Source of the DNA: Deltaproteobacteria bacterium
GTDB lineage: Bacteria > Desulfobacterota_D > UBA1144 > Nemesobacterales > CSP1-2
Direction: 5' to 3'
DNA length: 64,000 bases
NCBI GenBank assembly: GCA_052390235.1
Contig: JBQTHB010000005.1
Location: forward strand, 384,001 to 448,000
The translations under genes and the position numbers were made by a program. Shown here in pieces: positions 61,901-64,000 of the stretch; within the stretch, counting starts at the first letter, position 1, and each line of letters starts with the position of its first letter. The notes below the pieces were generated by a model. The model saw nothing but the letters and a program-made list of their open reading frames with translations. It did not search any database and was not told the origin of the DNA.

Positions 61901-62708
61901 AAAGTGCGTTAAAACTGCCTGTTTTCTGGCTCTTCTCGTTTTCTTTGCCTCGGCGACGGCTCTCGCGCGGCTTATCGCGCGGGGGGGGAATCAAAAAGCG
62001 TGGCTTGCGAAAATTGCATCCCTTAGCTCTTGGGCGCTTCTGCGCGCGCTTGGGGTGAGCGTTACGGTCAGGGATAATCAAAATATCCGGCAGTCCGCCA
62101 AAAATTATTTCATCGTATCGAACCACGTCTCGTACCTCGATATTTTCATCATCTCCTCTCTCGTCCCCTCGATATTCATCGCTAACTCCGAGCTTAAAGA
62201 CGACCCGCTCCTAGGGAACGTGATAAAGCTCGGCGGAGGGGTGTTTGTCGAGAGGAGAAACCGCTCGTCGCTCATGCAGGATATGGCATCAATTGGGGAT
62301 TTGCTCGGCGAGGGGGCAAATGTCGTCCTGTTTCCCGAAGGCACAACGTCCGACGGGGAGGGGCTTTTGCCGTTTAAATCCTCGTTCCTAGACCTTGCGG
62401 CGAGGGCCAAGTCCGATACCCTGCTCGTGTGCGTCAGGTACAGGGGCGTCAATGGCGATGAGATAACCCCGGAGAACCGCGACTTAATTTACTACTACGG
62501 CGGCATGAAGTTCTTCGAGCATTTCTTCCGCCTCATGGAGCAGAAATGCGTCTCTGCGGAGATCACTTTTATTGAGACCGTCCCGGCAGGCTCGCTCTCT
62601 AGGAAAGAGCTCGCCAAAAGGGCCTCGGAGGTCATCGCAGGGGTTTACGGGGTGAAATCCGCCTCTCCCCCATCTTCGGCGGGGACGAAGCAGGCATCCG
62701 CCGGGTAG
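61893..62708 (+). CDS. PlsC/OlsA-family O-acyltransferase
   Basis: NHVSYLD and FPEGTT motifs; overlaps the OlsB-like gene. Confidence 0.85.
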   Translation: MLRKCVKTACFLALLVFFASATALARLIARGGNQKAWLAKIASLSSWALLRALGVSVTVRDNQNIRQSAKNYFIVSNHVSYLDIFIISSLVPSIFIANSELKDDPLLGNVIKLGGGVFVERRNRSSLMQDMASIGDLLGEGANVVLFPEGTTSDGEGLLPFKSSFLDLAARAKSDTLLVCVRYRGVNGDEITPENRDLIYYYGGMKFFEHFFRLMEQKCVSAEITFIETVPAGSLSRKELAKRASEVIAGVYGVKSASPPSSAGTKQASAG

Positions 62709-62811
62709 AGCGGGGGGGATTGCCCGCTCAAGCAAAGCGCGTTTATCCGCGAATCATCTTAGGTTAATTCGGCAATCCAATAGCCTTTTGTGATAAAATT
62801 ACATCTGCCGC

Positions 62812-63957
62812 ATGACCGCCGCCGAGAACCTCATAAAATCCCTTATCCGCCGCGCCGGCGCTATTACCTTTGCCCGTTTCATGGATATTGCCCTGTACCA
62901 CCCTGCGCATGGCTACTACACCTGCGCCGCAAATATCGGCAGGCGAGGGGACTATTACACAAGCCCCTCGGTGCATCGGGCGTTCGGTGAAACCATAGCA
63001 AATTTTATCGCCGAGGCGGCAGGGGTCATCCGCGCCGAGAATTTTTCAATCCTCGAGCCGGGCGCGGGAGCCGGGTTTTTAGCCCTCGATATTCTGGACG
63101 CCCTTCGCCGCACTGAGCCATCCATCTACGGAGCGGAGGGGTTTCGCTACACGGTGGTTGAGTCGAGCAGGCGGTCTCTGGAGGAGGCTGAGGGGAATCT
63201 GTCTGGGCATAGGGGCAAGGCGCGGTTTCTGTCCTCTCTGGCGGATTTGGGGGATGAATCCATCTGCGGAGTCGTCTTGTCAAACGAGTTTTTCGACGCG
63301 CTCGCGTTCCACCGCCTCAAGTTTCGGGCAGGGAAATTCGCCGAGATATTGGTCGGGCTTTGCGGGGAGGATTTTGCTGATATGCTGGCTGAGCCACAGG
63401 AGCCGGAATTGAAGCAATATCTCGCAAATTTGGGTTCTGAGTTTGCCGAAGGGCAGGAGATTGAAGCGAATCTGCGCGCCGGGCAGTGGATGCAGGATTT
63501 CTCCCGCGTATTGGAGCGGGGTTTCATCCTCACTATAGACTACGGATTTCTCGCGCCGGAGCTATTTCATCCATCCCGCATGAGGGGGACTTTCAGGTGC
63601 TTTCACAGGCACAGGCTCGGCGAAAATCCTTACGTCAACATTGGCTATCAGGACATTACGGCTCATGTCAATTTCAGCGACCTCATCAAGAGCGGCGACT
63701 CGCTTGGGTTTCGCGCTCTTAAATACACAGCTCAGGGGCAGTTCCTCGTTGATTGGGGAATCCTCGATATTATGCAAAGAGCGTCTGAAAAAGAGCGCGC
63801 CTCGATTAAAAACCTATTCTTGCCCGAAGCTATGGGAGGGAAATTTAAGGCCCTCTTGCAGGAGAGGGGCGCCGGAGTGTCCAGAGATTTTTATCCCCCC
63901 TCTCCGGTGAAAATTATCTTCCGGCCCCCCGGCGATAGATACCGAGGCTCGGAGTAG
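62812..63957 (+). CDS. MidA/NDUFAF7-family SAM-dependent methyltransferase
   Basis: FMDIALY..GYY, GDYYTSP, EPGAGAG, NEFFDA, IDYG and DITAHVNF motifs. Confidence 0.88.
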   Translation: MTAAENLIKSLIRRAGAITFARFMDIALYHPAHGYYTCAANIGRRGDYYTSPSVHRAFGETIANFIAEAAGVIRAENFSILEPGAGAGFLALDILDALRRTEPSIYGAEGFRYTVVESSRRSLEEAEGNLSGHRGKARFLSSLADLGDESICGVVLSNEFFDALAFHRLKFRAGKFAEILVGLCGEDFADMLAEPQEPELKQYLANLGSEFAEGQEIEANLRAGQWMQDFSRVLERGFILTIDYGFLAPELFHPSRMRGTFRCFHRHRLGENPYVNIGYQDITAHVNFSDLIKSGDSLGFRALKYTAQGQFLVDWGILDIMQRASEKERASIKNLFLPEAMGGKFKALLQERGAGVSRDFYPPSPVKIIFRPPGDRYRGSE

Positions 63958-64000
63958 CGGCGCGCAAGTAGGTATGCCCAAACGCCCATCTGGAGCCATC

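Overview
Bacterial chromosomal window of moderate-to-high GC. The pilB-pilT-pilC-pilS-pilR order suggests a Desulfobacterota/deltaproteobacteria-like lineage, which is only an inference. In order, it contains: a TCA cluster (acnA-icd-mdh-sdh anchor-sdhA, with a mycobacterial 'type F'-like anchor); a yceD-rpmF-fabD-fabG-acpP-fabF operon; and a ~21 kb nitrate-assimilation island. The island carries an NrtABCD-like ABC transporter, an alginate-export-family porin, a TonB-dependent receptor, a NarK-type MFS, an unusual NirB-flavodomain/NirA/ferredoxin fusion, a NasA fusion, FprA-like reductase, MobA and a NifA-like activator. Next come yebC-ruvC-ruvA...ruvB, split by a thioredoxin-like/caspase/TPR operon; nrdJ with NrdR boxes; thiC; an aldehyde dehydrogenase; the type IV pilus cluster; and a probable phosphorus-free lipid remodelling locus. 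The strongest signals outside the ORF track are four: (1) five sigma54 promoters, four with phased NifA-type TGT-N10-ACA enhancers, pointing to a NifA-like regulon for nitrate assimilation rather than N2 fixation; (2) one of these promoters drives no ORF, only a ~110-nt structured candidate sRNA whose CU-rich loop is complementary to the nrtA and nitrite-reductase Shine-Dalgarno regions; (3) three 11-bp-periodic Pho-box-like arrays in the lipid locus; (4) a decayed DNA methyltransferase fragment where pilA usually lies. No rRNA, tRNA, CRISPR array or intact transposase was seen.
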